A stretch of 64,000 nt of DNA from the human T2T-CHM13v2.0 reference genome, Homo sapiens. The notes beneath the pieces are model-generated. The model was not told where the DNA came from. It made no database searches and saw nothing but the letters and a program-made list of their open reading frames with translations. The stretch is taken from assembly GCF_009914755.1 (NCBI RefSeq), contig NC_060926.1; one strand, 5' to 3'. Made by a program: the position numbers and the translations under genes. Positions 28,801-44,070 of the stretch are shown here, in pieces (position 1 is the first letter of the stretch; every line of letters begins with the position of its first letter).

Positions 28801-29180
28801 TGCACATGTGCTCGGCAAGAGGCTCTCTGGGTCTGTGAGGGCTGCACGCGCAAGCTAACCCAAACCCTGCTCTCAAAGACATCAAGGAATAATAAAGAAT
28901 AACAGTTATGTGCAAAAATGGCTGAAACCCAAATGTCTGCTTTCTCCACCCCACTAGCCTCCAGTCTTGATCTCCCATTTGCATGGGATGTTGTTGTTTT
29001 GGTCCCAGTCAACTTTGAACTCATTGATTTCACACTGTGCCCCCTTATTGTAGTTTTACTCAAACTGTATGGGCGCACAGGAAGCAATGCCTTACATGTG
29101 CCACACATCACTGGAAAAGCCCCCACCAGCCGCCCACTCACCACAGTGCTGTCTGGCTCCCACCACTAAGTGCTTCTTAC
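25870..29180 (-). mobile_element. Decayed ERVL (HERV16/ERV3-16A3-like) internal region with pol remnants
   Basis: The minus-strand peptide SECGFASPGYHAVWTSIHGLTEWLIHCPGMSHSIASN resembles the ERVL integrase core (YSGYGFAFP...TIHGLTECLIHRHGIPHSIASDQG). AEKERSSQRQNIEQASVHLV resembles RNase H GEGKSSQWAELRAVHLV. Interrupted by other insertions. Confidence 0.7.
26660..26917 (+). mobile_element. MLT1-like LTR fragment nested in the ERVL remnant
   Basis: gtgagtgagaaataaacctttgttgtgttt...ttatta...cataacc...aactgattca, a typical MLT1 3' end. Confidence 0.6.
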
Positions 29181-29595
29181 TGCTGCAGTTGGGCTCACTG
29201 AGCCAGTGTGGAGATTGGCATGGAATCCTTGAGATGTGCTCATGGCATCAATGCCACTGATGGGGAGAAAGAAGTGAGCTAGGCCCAGAGAACAGGTGGG
29301 CTACGGTGCAGTCAAATGGAGCCTCAGCTGATCTCAGACGAAGTCCTGAAAATGGAAGGGCTTCAGAGTTGGCTCAATTGAGGGACCATGACTTGGAACC
29401 CACTCATGACCAGTCACTGGACACAGGCTGCCCCCAAAGAAGGGGCACAATCTTGGGTAAGACCTGGGACCAAGGGTAACGCTCAGAGAGGGAGTCAGCT
29501 GGAAGCCACCAGCAGCCACCACTCCTGGCAGTGAGAGAAATGAGTGTCCCATCCTGAAGGAGGGTCTGGACAGTGCACCACAGCACCCACTCCAC
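29181..29595 (-). mobile_element. LTR16-like ERVL LTR (probable 5' LTR of the adjacent remnant)
   Basis: gcctcagctgatc...cttcagagttg...gaccagtcactgga...gagtcagctg...cagcagcc...cctgaagg...gcaccacagcacccac; same orientation as the pol remnants. Confidence 0.7.
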
Positions 29596-29694
29596 CCGGC
29601 CTCCCTGGTCCTTCGTGGCTTTCTCTCTGTACTTGCCGAGCACCCCAGGGTCACACTTGCGTGTGTGTTGGCGGGGGTTGCAGGGGTGAAGATC

Positions 29695-30090
29695 TTAACT
29701 CGAAGTGCCCAGTTCAGTGGCATTAAGTACATTTACACATTCACATTGCTGTGTAACCGCCACCTTCATCCATTCCCAGACGTTTGTTCATCTCCCCAGA
29801 CTGAAACTTCATGACCATTAAACACGAACTCCCCATTAACCCTTTATTTTCAGCCCTTGGAAACCACCATTCTATTTCCTATCCCTATGAATTGGACTAT
29901 TTCAGGTTGCTCCCATAAGAGGAATAGTGCGGTATTTGTCCCTTTCTGACCGGCTTATTTTGCTTTCTTCTCTTCAACGTTCAGCCAGGTTGTAGGTAAC
30001 ATGGGTCAGAATCCCCTACTTTTTTAAGGCTGAATAATACTCCACCGTGTGGATAGACCACATTTTGTTTATCCATTCATCTATTAATAT
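29695..30090 (-). mobile_element. L1MB-like 3' end
   Basis: cagttcagtggcattaagtacatt...aaccaccattcta...ttttaaggctgaataatactcc...cacattttgtttatccattcatc. Confidence 0.8.
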
Positions 30091-32468
30091 TCAGCGTCCT
30101 TCTTAGCATAGTGGAGTTTCTCCTGGTCTCTCCTTGTATAAATATTTATACCAATTGCTACCGAAAAACACACAATTCCCTCCTCATTTCTGAGTGAACT
30201 CTAAGTATCAGAATATTCTCAGCAAGCAGTTGGCAGGGGGAAGCAAAAATTGTTCTCAACCAGAAAACATTCACTGAAGAGCTGACCACTTGCCAAATTA
30301 GCCTCCATGCCTTCCCCTCTCCCTGCTTAACACTGCAGCTGCCATAACACAGTCAAACCATGTCAGGCGCAGCCATTCTCTTCCTGATTGGAGGAGGCTA
30401 TTAATACAACAGAAATACAATGCAAATTAACTGCAAACTTCTTCAAAGAATGTAAGATTTTGTGTAGCAGGTGACAGTCATACTAGAGGACTTCTGGAAT
30501 CACAAAGTCTGGTAGAACAGTTATCACTGAAAAGGGAAAAGTTAACAAAATTGGTGACATTATCAGTGACTCGCAACAAGACTTAATCCCAAAACATCTA
30601 AGGGATTAAGAGAGGCCTTGGAAAGATGATTAAATCCCTGGAGCATTTTGACAAGTGTGACTCTCTTCACGAACTTGCCAGAAAGTCAAATGAGAGAATG
30701 TTTCATACTTATCATGCAATATCGTGGTCTCACGTGAAGTGTAGCCTTAGCCTGACCCACTAGATATTTCAAAACAATAATTGCACAGCAGGATTGTTCT
30801 GCCTTGAGGAGAAGTTAGGAACAGGTTAGAATAAATTGTCAAAGAAATAAAGAAGAACATTTCTGAACTTCTAATCTAAAAAAAATACTTTTGACAAAAT
30901 TCAACATTTATTCCTAATTGTAAAAAACAATACATTAAAAGAGAAAAATATTTAACATAAATATATATAACATAGTATATAACATGATTGCTTAACGTCT
31001 AAATTCAGAATCTAATACCAGAAAACAATGAATGAGACATTCTCAGTGAAGATAGAAATGCTTAATACCACACCATGATGTGTAAGTACTAGGAAGTTTA
31101 ATAAAATAAGAAAAATAAGAGCTACAAATGTTGGAAATTAATATCAAAATACTATTTATAGCAAAATGATATGATAGTATACCAACAGATGGTGCTGGGA
31201 CAATTGATTGATAATTTGGAAAAAAAATAAAATTCCTACATTAAACCTCCCTCCAAAAAAATCCACATCTCAGATATTTAAATTTAAAATTAAATAAAAT
31301 TTAAATTTAAAAATACTAGGAGAAAATATGGGTGACAATTTCTTATGGTTTACTATGTGGTTATAAGTAACAGAAAAGGTTTCAACCTAAATGATGTAGA
31401 AAGTGAATTCATTATAATTTATGATATACTATCATTGCTCTTTCTACTAAAGGCCCGCATGGGACTGAATAAGACCTGGAGTGTTTTGGGAAATGAAGAT
31501 GGCTTTGCTCTCGCTTCCCCTTCCCTTTTCATCAACCTCACAGTAAGTCCAGGACTTCTGCTGCACAGCTTCTGGGCTGCTTGTATAACTCACAAGCAGC
31601 CTTATTAGATCTCCTAGTCCCTGCATGTTTCAACCAAATAAGGCACTCTTCGAGACCCTAACAAAAAGAAAAGAAGCCTAAACTCTTGGGTGGACACCAA
31701 TGGCCACTTCTCCCACGCCCCTCACAAGGTAAGAGGGGCAAACGCTCCTGTCTGGGCATCCCGCCGTGAGGGGCGCTGTTACGCCATGGTGGTGCTGCGC
31801 CCTGATGTTTGGGATATTTGGCAGCCTCTCTTTTTCTCCTTGTCAGGCCACTTAGAGCTGCGGTTGGCCCACTGGTTTTTGAACCCAAGGATGACCTGAG
31901 TGCTGAGAGCCCTGGGTCCTCAGCTCCCCACCTGAGGTTTCCCTGGCAGCGGAACCCTGGTGAGCTGCCTCTCAATTTCAGGTTGCGATATCCATGTATG
32001 AGTCACAGCCTGACATCTCTGAGCGTCAGCCACTCCTAAGCCCGACTGCCTAATATAACTATTGAGATTCAGTTTGCTCCTAGAAAGCAGAGTTAACCCT
32101 CGGATGTTGTCCTCTGCTGTGGTTCATTGAGCAAAACCTGGCTCCTGGAGCCCACATTATTAGGGAAGTGGGGCGGGATGTCAGGGGGCCATTCTCAGAG
32201 AAGGAGCACAGGGGCTGAGCAGATGCCCAAACCGCATTCACTCTAGTGTTTTTTAACCTGGAATTAAAGATGGCATTTATAAGCACAGCAGCAGAGATGA
32301 ACTTTGTAAGGAAAAAAAAAAATTAAAAGGTATGAGTTCAGAAAAATTTAAAACCATATAAATAAAAAGAAAATGATAAATACTTTAAAATTAGCAATAT
32401 TTGTGAAAGTAATTCAATCAGTAAAGAAATATTTAAAGTAGAACAATAAATAGGCCAAAAGAAAAACA

Positions 32469-32796
32469 GTCTGGGCACGGTGGCTCACACCTGTAATCCC
32501 AGCACTTTGGGAGGCCGAGGCTGGTGGATCACCTGAGGTCAGGAGTTCCAGACCAGCCTAGCCAGCATGATGAAACCTCGTCTCTACTAAAAATACAAAA
32601 ATTAGCTAGGCATGGTGGCAGGTGACTGTAATCCCAGCTACTCGGGAGGCTGAGGCAGGAGAATTGCTTGAACCCGGGAGGAGGGGTTGTGGTGAGCCTA
32701 GATTGCACCACTGTACTCCAGCCTGGGTGACAGAGTGGGACTCCATCTCAAAAAAAAAAAAAGAAAAGAAAAAGAAAAAGAAAAGACAAAAAAAAA
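32469..32796 (+). mobile_element. AluS element
   Basis: Full dimeric Alu with a long A/AG tail. Confidence 0.95.
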
Positions 32797-33213
32797 GAGG
32801 GGGCCCAAGCTCTTTGTCTGACTTTCAGACTGGGTTGAATTCAAAAGCAGCTGTGTGACTAAGAGCAATTACAAAACCTCTCTGAGCCTCTGTTGCCCAT
32901 CTACAAAATGCAAAGCTCCCATCAATGTGGGAATAATTAAACGTGACACTGTGAGCCAGGCATGGAGCTCAATCCCTCAATCCCCTCCATCCCAGAGGAG
33001 CTATTGTTTCTGTTGCTGTTAGTTTGGTTGGTTGGTTTGTTTGTTTTCACTGTTGTTGTTTAGAATAAATTGTTTAAAATTTTAACTTCACTAGTAATTT
33101 TAACCAATCAAAATAATGCAACATCAATTTCACAAATCAAATTAGCAACAAAGATTTAGTAAAAATGAACATATTTTTAGATGAGAGATGAGACATTTAA
33201 AAGACCATTAGTG

Positions 33214-33613
<400 letters not shown>

Positions 33614-33919
33614 TTAAAACATGAGCCATCTTGGACACACATATTTCATTTCTTGCAATTTGTCCTGAAGTAACAAAAAGAGAACTGGGTAAATAGCTAT
33701 GCAAATGTTACTCATCGCTATGTTGTGATAAAAGTGTGCCATCACTGTGGAGTGAAAAAGTAGAAACGACATAGGTGTCCAAGAAAATGAGACGGCGTGA
33801 CAGTGGTACACGCATACCTATGAAAGATCAGGAGTTTATGAAAACCAAGCTGCAGAATCATACTCAGTCACGAGAAACACAACCGTGATCTCATTAGGAA
33901 GGACCGCCGAATACTGGAC

Positions 33920-35200
33920 ACTGCTGGCCACATTCTTCTCCTTGATGTTCTCTCCCACCCTCACTCAGTTTCCAGAATCCACCCTCCCACCTCCTTCTTC
34001 CTCTCTTCCATTCCCCTTGAAACCTGCGGAAGGCCCCATCCCTGTGTCCATCCCGAAAGGCAGATGCTCCTCAGTGGCCCTTGCCTCTCTTTGCTCACTA
34101 TACATTCTCTCTGGGTGACAGCATTTGAATCCAAGGCTTCCTTGCCATGCTTGGATGAATAGATCTAACTGCTGGCTAATTAGCTTGTACCCCATAAGGA
34201 CTCAAAAGCAGGATGCATTAATTTTCTTGACCATTGCATAGCTCATCATGTGTTCCCTGTCTCAAGAACGGTTCCACCATGCACCCAGACAGTTGGGCAC
34301 CCTTGTCGCTCAGCCCTCTCCTCACCAGACACATCCAGCCAGCCACCAGCCCGGATCCCCTCATTGTCTCCTTCCCATCTCTTCAATCCCCCACCCCTTC
34401 CCTTGCCCAGGGCTACAGTCCTCAGGAAAGCCTTCACATCTCTCTCTCTAGACTGTTCACGTCCTCCCTGCTCCACTTGACATAAACCTAATAGTTCATT
34501 ATAAGGGAAAATGGAGAGTAGATTGTCCTGGATACTGAAATGCAATCATGTCCTCTGCTTCCTTAAACACTTAGTCAATGTTCCTCCCTCTGTGCTGTCT
34601 TAAACATAAACTCCTTTGTATGACAGACAGGGCCCTTCAAGACCTATTTGTCAGCTATCAGCCCTGCCAGATCTCCACTATCCCAGGAAGGGCCCCAATG
34701 ACAAAGCTCATGCCCCCTAAATAATCCCCTCTCTCCAGAGACGTCAAGTGTTTGCACGTGCACAAGCACTCACCGTGCAGAAACGTCTCATCCTTTCAGC
34801 CCTACTGAAATGCCAGCCCTGCTACTCAGTCTCCCCAGGTGCTGTTGAGTAGACGTGAATGTGTTTCTCCTCAACTCCCAGGCTTCACCCTCACCTCAAT
34901 TGGAACAAATATTATCTTGTCTTTACTTGCCTGTGCATCTGTCTCTCAATGCTATTTAAGAGCAAGGGCCAAGATTTTTCATTTTCTTATCCCCACTGCT
35001 TTTCACAGTGCGTGGTTCACAGAGGGTCTCTTGATGGCACGCATGCCTTCATCAAAGCTCCTATCATTTTGCACAGCAGTCATTGTTTATACATCTGTTT
35101 CCCCTGCTAGGCCAGAGAGACAGAAACTCTAATGCATTCATCCTTGTGGATGCACATCCCATAGCACAGACCATTGCTTGCTAACTACACACCAAAATGG
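33920..35200 (+). mobile_element. Degenerate L2 fragments
   Basis: Pyrimidine-rich L2-like motifs (tacattctctctgggtga, aaatgcaatcatgtc); boundaries approximate. Confidence 0.45.
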
Positions 35201-37779
35201 TTACCAGACATTAAAACTTACACGTACGCCCGTGCCAGCATGATTGTTCTTGGATCTGCTTGGATTTTTTAATTACCAGATAGGATGATGACCAGTATAG
35301 GCCAAATCTCCAAGGCCAGTTGGAGCTGGAGGACCTGGTCTGAAGCATTCCTTCTAGAAGCTCCTTTCTTCAGGCTCTCCATTTATGGAAGCTTCCTCGG
35401 CATCTGGTGCCTAATAAAGCTTGGTCTCCTCTTTCCTCATGGCACTGGTTCAGCAGCACATCCAGAACGCGCATCTGCATTGTGTCAAGAACTCTGCTTA
35501 TTCTTCATAGAAACAGGCTACTTAACACAACCGGACCTTCAGACAACTCCGGCCACTCTCACGCCGAAACACCTATGCATTCACTATAAAACCTAGGTCT
35601 GTCATCTGTACAGTCTTTCTGTTGGGGTCACATTCAATGATCTTTTGGTCAAGGGCAAGGGCATTCATTCCCAGGCCAGATGAAGCTTTGCGCAGCACTC
35701 TACAGAAGACCAGACACAGAAACATGTACTTAGAGGTGCATTTAACTCAGTGCCTCTAAACCAGAGATTGCAAGCTGGTGGCTCAAGGGCCAGAGTTGCC
35801 CAGAAGACGTTTATTTGGCAGGAGTGTATTCAAGTCTTCAAACCCCAATGCCTTTAGAATGGACACCTCTTCCTTATTTGCCTCAAGCCCCAGCAGTCCC
35901 TAGTGCTTTGCTCCTCCTCTGCCCAAGAGACCCACCCAGCCCTTGAAGACACAAGACTGTGACTCCACCTAGACCAAGTATGCTCCGTGAGCTCCAAAAG
36001 GACCCCAAGGGACTGAGGCTGAGGGGGGTCTCTGAGCCACCATCGCAGTGGCTGCCCTGGCTGCCAATACATCCCCTGTTATCACACATTCAACCCACTT
36101 TGAAATTGTCTAGTGAGAATCCCACTCCTGCTCCTGGAGCCTAAGGAGGCCTAAGCCTTGTGCTCAGGGAGGTCACAAAGGGAGTGACCCCGAGAGGCTC
36201 CAGAATGGTGCCCTTTCTCTGTACATCAACAATTAATTTGGGTTGGGGTTTGAGTAACAACTTCAGCCAAACAAGGGAATCAGCCGAGTCCTGATGAGGC
36301 TCCGCAGACAGTGCCTCCACTTCCACAGAAGACAGCCAGGCTGCGCGGCAGAGCCTGCTGAGCTGCACCCCGCTATTTTTAGTGCTGCTCTCTGCCACGC
36401 TGGCGAGGCTGTCCTGCTCAGTGGCAGGCAATGCGTTCCATGTGTGCAGGCTGGAATGCAGCGGCTGAACCAAGGCCAGCAGCAGAGCCTGTTTCCTTAA
36501 AAGGCAAGAGAAATTCAGATCACATGGCCACAGGGACAGGAGCATGGATCCTGGGACAGGAACGGATTTCCATCCTAGAGAGCTCTTCAGGGGCAAGTGA
36601 ACTAACAGAGATCTGCTTATGAACGTGCTGTAGGTGAAAATGGATTTTTATATTGAAATTCAAATAAGTACAGGGATTTGAGCCGATTGTTCCATTGCAT
36701 TCCGGTCGTCTCAGGAAAAGAGGTCCCTGTGTGATTTATTTGTGGCAGAGACCCTAGAGCCACTCATATAAATTCCCCTCAGACACTGACTTCACAAATC
36801 AAAGCTGTTTGGCCAGCTGGTTACAGCCTGATGTTAAGCAGACTCAGGCCTCAGCTCAAGCTTCTCCCAGGGCAACCTCGTGGAAAGAAACAGTTTTCTG
36901 AATATATTCTAAAACAGACTAGAATAGAATAGAATAAAACAGAATTAGAATATATTCTAATTTGAGACCTTTATTCTGAATATCATTAAACACGCATAAG
37001 TTTTTTCTGGAAACGGTTAATATTTATCTTTCTTATCCTGAAGTTGCATCTTACACTGAGTAGCATTCGTTCCCCCGCCCCATGAGGTGGGAAATTCAAC
37101 AAACGACTCATTGTGTATAGATAAGGGCCAGGCAATCTATTGCCAAAGTCCTCTTTTGCCTCACAGAAAAACAAAGATAGAGACACTCTTGAGGTCCTTC
37201 TGCACAGCCCTAAACTTGTACTCAATCTTCGTACTGTTTTCCAAATCACTGTCTTAGGTCACAAGCATTAGACCTGGCCCAGGAATTAATGAAGGCCACC
37301 AGCAAATGAAGAAGACAGGAAAAAAGTGTGGTTAGGATGATGGGCACAGACCCCCAACATTCAAATCTAGACAGTCAGCAAAGTCATGTCTAGTTGAGGC
37401 AGTCAGGTTGACAGTCACATAAGGACCCAGTTTTCCTGTCCCACAGTGAGGAAACCACAATAGACTTTACGTGTCATTAAGCCTTATTACTTTAAGTGCT
37501 TCCCTTAAACAAAAACTAGAAAGCTTTGTTTCTGTTGTTTTGCCTCTTTTGGAAACTGTCAAGGGAGTTAGTAGGGAAGGTGATGCCTATACCTATGCCT
37601 ATATAGGGTGAACTACAGACTCTTAAATGTCACTGATGACTGTGTGTCATGGCTGCATACACATGAACTTATACGGGAGCAGTGATGAACGCAGTCCTCC
37701 CATATCCTCCCCACCACAGCCCTCAGGTTCCCGCGCCTCTCCACAGGGGTGGGCTTATTTAACCTAACAGGGGTTCCGG

Positions 37780-38036
<257 letters not shown>

Positions 38037-38974
38037 GGATTCTATTCTTATTCCCAACATTGGCTTAGAGGCATGCAACCCATTTCCAACCAATGGACTG
38101 CCAGGGGACATCTGCCAGGGAGCTTTCTGGAGAAAAGCCACAGAAAGGATGGTCTTCCTTCTTCCTTTAAATATCATTGTGTCCACATGAGACTGTCTTG
38201 TTACTAGCCTAAGAGTGGGGCCCAAGCTGAAAATAGTCCAGAGAGATGGGAAAACCTGGGTCCTTGATGGCATCTTTGACTCCTCCCACAGCCTGTGCTC
38301 TGGATTTCTGTGAAATGGGGACAACCAGTGACTTCGTGATCTAAGCCAATGCGAGATGGGGTTTCAGTTCCTGGCTGCTGAGAGCATCCTAACTCACTAC
38401 ATACCACAGCCCCAAGAATACTCTCTCCTTCCTGCTCTCTGTTTTCTAAACCATGAGCAGCATTCAGCACAGGTGACTGCTCTGTTCATTTTGACACAGC
38501 TTCTGCCAACGCTGTCCTTGCATGACACCTGTCTCTACTGATTCTCTTCTTATTTCTACAAACACTCCTCCTCAGCCTCTTTCACCAAGCCTGTCTTCTC
38601 TGCTCAACCTCTAACCGCCAGGGCACAGACAGGCCTCTCCTGACTCCCTGTCCCTCTTCATCTATACTCTCAAGCAAGGAAATCGCACCATAAATCTAGG
38701 CTTCGAATATGGTATATTTCCAAACTGCTGAATGTATATCCTTAGCCCCACCCTCTCCTCTGAACTTCAACTGTCTTCCTCATATCACCGCTTCAAAGTT
38801 CAATAGCATCCTAAGTTCTAATACGCATGGCAGAATTTTTGATTGACTACCCCGCCTCCTCAAAGAATCACATGTCACACCCAGGACTGCCCGGCTTAAA
38901 GCTCCCAATTGGCTTTCCATCACATTAAAGTACAATCCACAACTCGTTAGTTATGAAAGAGTTTTGGGGCCTGA

Positions 38975-39472
<498 letters not shown>

Positions 39473-39478
39473 TCTCTT

Positions 39479-39509
<31 letters not shown>

Positions 39510-40442
39510 GCTCATAAATCAACTCTTCAGAAAGGCTTGCCTTAAACATGCAGTACCTCATCAGACAGCCTCCACTGCAGCTCATACGTCCTTATTTACC
39601 GAGGGTTTTGTGTGTTTGCCACCTACTTCCCTTGCCGTGTAAGGAACACAAGAGGAAGACGTGTGTGCTGTCCACCCCTGCATCCTCAGTGCCTTGTCTA
39701 ATACCTGACACATGTTAGGTGCTCAGCAAATGTTTGTTGAATAAGTGATTGAATGAAAGACTGTGTACCTGTCCAGGCTCTAGGCAGCAAGGGACAGAAA
39801 CTTACTCTGGTTAACATATGAAGAAAATTGAATTATTGGAAAAATATTGAGTAGTTTATAGCAACAATGGGAAGGCTAGCAAATCAGGTTCAGTTCCACA
39901 AATGGAAAGGAACAAGGGAGTTGGGCAGCCCGAGCCACCACTGAAATTCACAGACACAGCACAGGCTCGATGGCTCTTGCTGGAGCCCCAAAACCACTGG
40001 ACGCTGGTGGGGTCCTTTACCAGAAGTTTGCTGACCCCCATCTGGTAGAGGGCTGGGCATACCGTGGGCTACAGTTTAAGAGCTCAGAAGCTGTGCTTAA
40101 TCCATAAATCACCTCATTTCTTTCCATCAGAGTAATCAGGAGTGGACAATATGTCTCTATTATCATCCTCATCTAGGCAACCCTCTCTAATCAACTTCAT
40201 GTTAAAGACACTTCAATTTCTATAGGTTCATGTTCAAACTGGCTGATTGCTGATGCTGTTTATACCTTGCTCCTCGGCCCGCCTCTGTGCTCCCCTGCAG
40301 CTGTGCTGGCTGCTTCCAGGTGTGCTGACAGCACTCCACCTCAGTGGCCCACATCCCTCTTCTTCTCTGCTTTACTTTTCTAGCAACAGTGTGTGCAGGG
40401 CAGCCTCAAAATGCTGGCGTGTAACGCCCCCAGGTCAACCCC

Positions 40443-40977
40443 TGTGAGTGTCAACTTGACCGGATTGAAGGATACAAAGTATTGTTCCTGGGTGTGTCTG
40501 TGAGGGTGTTGCCAAGGGAGATTAACATTTGAGTCAGTGGACTGGGAGAGGCAGACCCACCTCAGTCTGTTTGGGCACTATCTAATCTGATGCCAGTGCA
40601 GCCAGAAAAAAGCAGGCAGAAAAACGTGGAAGGACTAGACTGGCTGAGTCTTCCCGCCTTCGTCTTTCTCCCGTGCTGGATGCTTCCTGCCCTGATACAT
40701 CAGACTCCAAGTTCGTCGGCTTTTGGACTCTTGGACTTACACCAATGGTTTGCCAGGGGCTCTCGGGCCTTCGGTCACACACTGAAGGCTGCACTGCCAG
40801 CTTCCCCACTTTTGAGGTTTTGGGACTCAGACTGGCTTCCTTGCTCCTCAGCTTGCAGACGGCCTATTGTGGGACTTCATCTTGTGATCGTGTAAGTCAA
40901 TACTCCTTAATAAACTCCCTTTCATATATATGTCTATCCTATTAGTCCTGTCCCTCTAGATAATGGTGACTACTACA
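40443..40977 (+). mobile_element. MLT2A-type (HERVL) solo LTR nested in an LTR16-like LTR (about 40300-41252)
   Basis: gagtgtcaacttga..ggattgaaggatacaaagtattgttcctgggtgtgtctgtgagggtgttgcc...ctgtccctctaga; near-TSD acccc/acctc. The host LTR ends ctgctttcggggaactcaacataagac. Confidence 0.85.
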
Positions 40978-43619
40978 ACCTCCAACCAAAGAGAGATGAG
41001 GGTCAGTCCATAAACGTCCAGCTTTCTGTTCCTCGTAGCATTCTCCCCACTTTCTCAGTGGGTTTCCAGGGAGACTGAGCCCCAGTTGCTCTCAAGGGTA
41101 ACATGCTTTTAGTTAATGCACCATCCCTTGACTTGCCAACTTCTTTGTCTTGCTTCTCAGTGGCCTCATTTGTGCTTCCCACACACCTTCCGAAACAAAT
41201 GACTGCAGCCAAAACTTGGTCAGGATCTGCTTTCGGGGAACTCAACATAAGACTGGTTTATGAATGACCAGTCAGCTTCTTCAACTACAACTCCTATCAA
41301 ATGTAACTGTTTTAAATGGGGTCTTTCAAAACAAATATTCTTTCCCAGATATACAAGTTCTGACAATTTCTTTTTATTGTGCTATTTCTGTTTCTAACAT
41401 CTCTTATAAAATTCATGTAAATGCTGGGAATTTACTAGTCTCTTGAAATCAAACATGCATAGCTAGCTCCCTTTGCAGATGCCCAAATGCCTTCTCTTAG
41501 ATGACTTTTTGCAACAGCAGCATGGTTTTCACAGAGACATCTGACATAGGCAGGAAAACAATATCAGTTTTCCAGGTTGAGCGATACTTGGGTGGTGTCA
41601 CCATCATGCACAGAGGCCCTTGAATCACTGGCCTTTTCCCATCACTCATGACCAAATGCCTTCAAGCTTTGACTACTAGATTCCAAAATACTACTTCTTT
41701 GGTGTTTTGGTCTTTAGCAGATTTATACCCACCATAAAGTTGGGTGGAAGACTAGGGAATACCACGGAAAAGGATTTCTGAACTGGCTCTGCATGGGATC
41801 TCAGGAATGCTGAGGGGTGGCCCAAAGCTGGAGAGCATGATTCCAAGAAAGCAGGAAGACCCCAGGAATCCCATGGCTCTTACAGCAGCTCACCATCAGT
41901 ATTCATCTCCCAGGGAAGGGGAGGCACAGGCAGCGGCAAAGCTCAGACCCAAACTAAACCGAGGAGGGGTATGGCAGAGGGCAGCCTCTGGACTGGGCCC
42001 CCTGGCCTGGCAGTGTCAGCAGTCCCCAACTTCTCCGGAAGCCACACCCAGATAGGTGGAACCCTGAGAGCCTGGCTCATGAAGAGCAGCTAGGTCCAGC
42101 TGGAAATCTGACAACAATGGAAATTTGGCAGGAAAATACGAACCATCTCCTAAAAATGAACCACCATGGGGAAAGAAATTTAAAATGGTTCTTGAGGGTT
42201 CAAAACATTGGCTTTCTACAAAAAGCCTGGCACCCATTCATAAGTGCTGTGATTTCTTTTTAATTATGCAGAAAATCGTTGAGGGAATGAAAGTATAAAG
42301 CACTTGTATTTAAAAATCCAGCAAAGCTGCTGTTGAAAGGATTGAGATGTGCTCACAGTTGAGCACAAATAGACGTCCTCGTGACTCGGCCTTGGAGCCC
42401 AGGCAGGCCATACTCAGCCCAGGCCACCTTCTGCGCAAGCCCTCAATGCGTGCCAGAGCCCCCAGCTTCTCCAAGTTCTTTCCTAAGCCAGAGCAGCTCA
42501 GGATAATGAGAAGAGATGGAAAAGACTACAATGAAAGGAAGGAGAAGGATAGAGACTTGCTGTCTGAGAAAGAGTGACGGAAGGTCTTGGGGAGGGTCAT
42601 GTGGAGGGCATGCTTTGTTCTGGGAAAAGACACATGGCTTAGATCTGACTTCCAGAGAAAGAGCCAGAAACATCTAGAGAATGGCAGTGAGCGTCCCACA
42701 GGAGCCAACCTTGGAACTCTGAGAGGGCTTCTGGGTCACCATAACTTGCCCAGATCCTCCATTAGAACATAGCTGGGTGAAAAGGACCACTCTGACCCTC
42801 TGTTTCATCATCTTTAAAACTGGAACAATGACCGCTACTGAACGGCACCACCTAAGATGTGTGTGAAACACCTAGTACAGCACCTGACCCACAAAGGCTT
42901 CTGGATAAAGGTGCGCTGTGTTCGTTACGGTCACACCAGCTGCTAGAACAGCCCAAGACCTCAGTCTCTTACTTCAATAGAAGTTTATTTCTTAGTCACA
43001 AAATCCAAAACAGGTTTTCTTTATTGGCAGGCCACCTTCCACGGGCCAGGCTGGAGGCTTCCCCAGAGAGAGCTGAGTGGATATGAGGGTCAGGGACATG
43101 TCAGGGTTCAAGAAAGGACACAGAGTCCTTGGCATAGTCTGGCAGAAGAATGTCTTGGGAAGAGAAATCCACGAGCTGTCAAGGGGTCAGGAATCCTGCA
43201 GCTCAGATCATGTTTTGCTGAACCCTAAGTTAGGACAGACAATGTAACAAAGGATTTTGTTTTATTTGCTCTGTGGGAATAAATGGGAGAAACTGCCCAT
43301 CCACCACCTGAGCACCTTGCCTTACCCTAAGTTAGCAGCACACACAGCTTAACCAGCCACTCACCTGGACTTACATCACTTCCTGCTTCTCCTGAGTCAG
43401 GTGAGATGGTGGGTGTGGTTGTCCCAGCAACCTTGAGCAGCCAAGGGACACACACAGAGAAGCAATGCATAGATAGAGTGAACCAAGAATGGCAGGGATG
43501 GGCATGCTGGCAACAGGAGGTGGAAAGGGAGAGAGGGTTCTGGAGCCCTTGGAAGTGAGTCTCCTAGTGATGGGCCCTGCCCCAGTCTATTGTAACACAC
43601 CTTGAGCAGACCATCTAGG

Positions 43620-44070
43620 TATGTTACAAATATTGGTGTCCTACTCCTGTACCTTGGGCCTGACTACTCCCCCAAGTTCCACATGGGAGTATCTGCAGGT
43701 CTTTGCCAAGAACATTTTCTTACACTACAGAAGGCCCCTTTGCCAGTGTGCCTGCAAGCCAAGAGGACCAGAGCATGAATGCCTCAGTGACCCGTGGAAA
43801 CAGGTGTATGACTACCCAAACTCCTTCAGCCCTCTGCTGGCCTACGAGGTGCAGTGCCACAGGTGCACCTCCCAGGGTTTCCCCGAGGGATTGGGCTCTG
43901 GGCACCCACAGTGGACGCTGACTATACACCTCTTAACAGTGCTCTCCCTTTGCTTGTCTCACTCCCCACTTCTCAGCCACTCAGTGACTTCCTTCACCTC
44001 CCAAATAAACTACTCACACCCATATCCTTAGTCCTAAGGGCTGCTTCCGGAGGAACCCAAAAAGTAAAAC
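43620..44070 (+). mobile_element. LTR16-like ERVL LTR
   Basis: Ends cacctcccaaataaactactcacaccc...ctgcttccggaggaacccaaa, typical of an LTR16 3' end. Confidence 0.65.
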
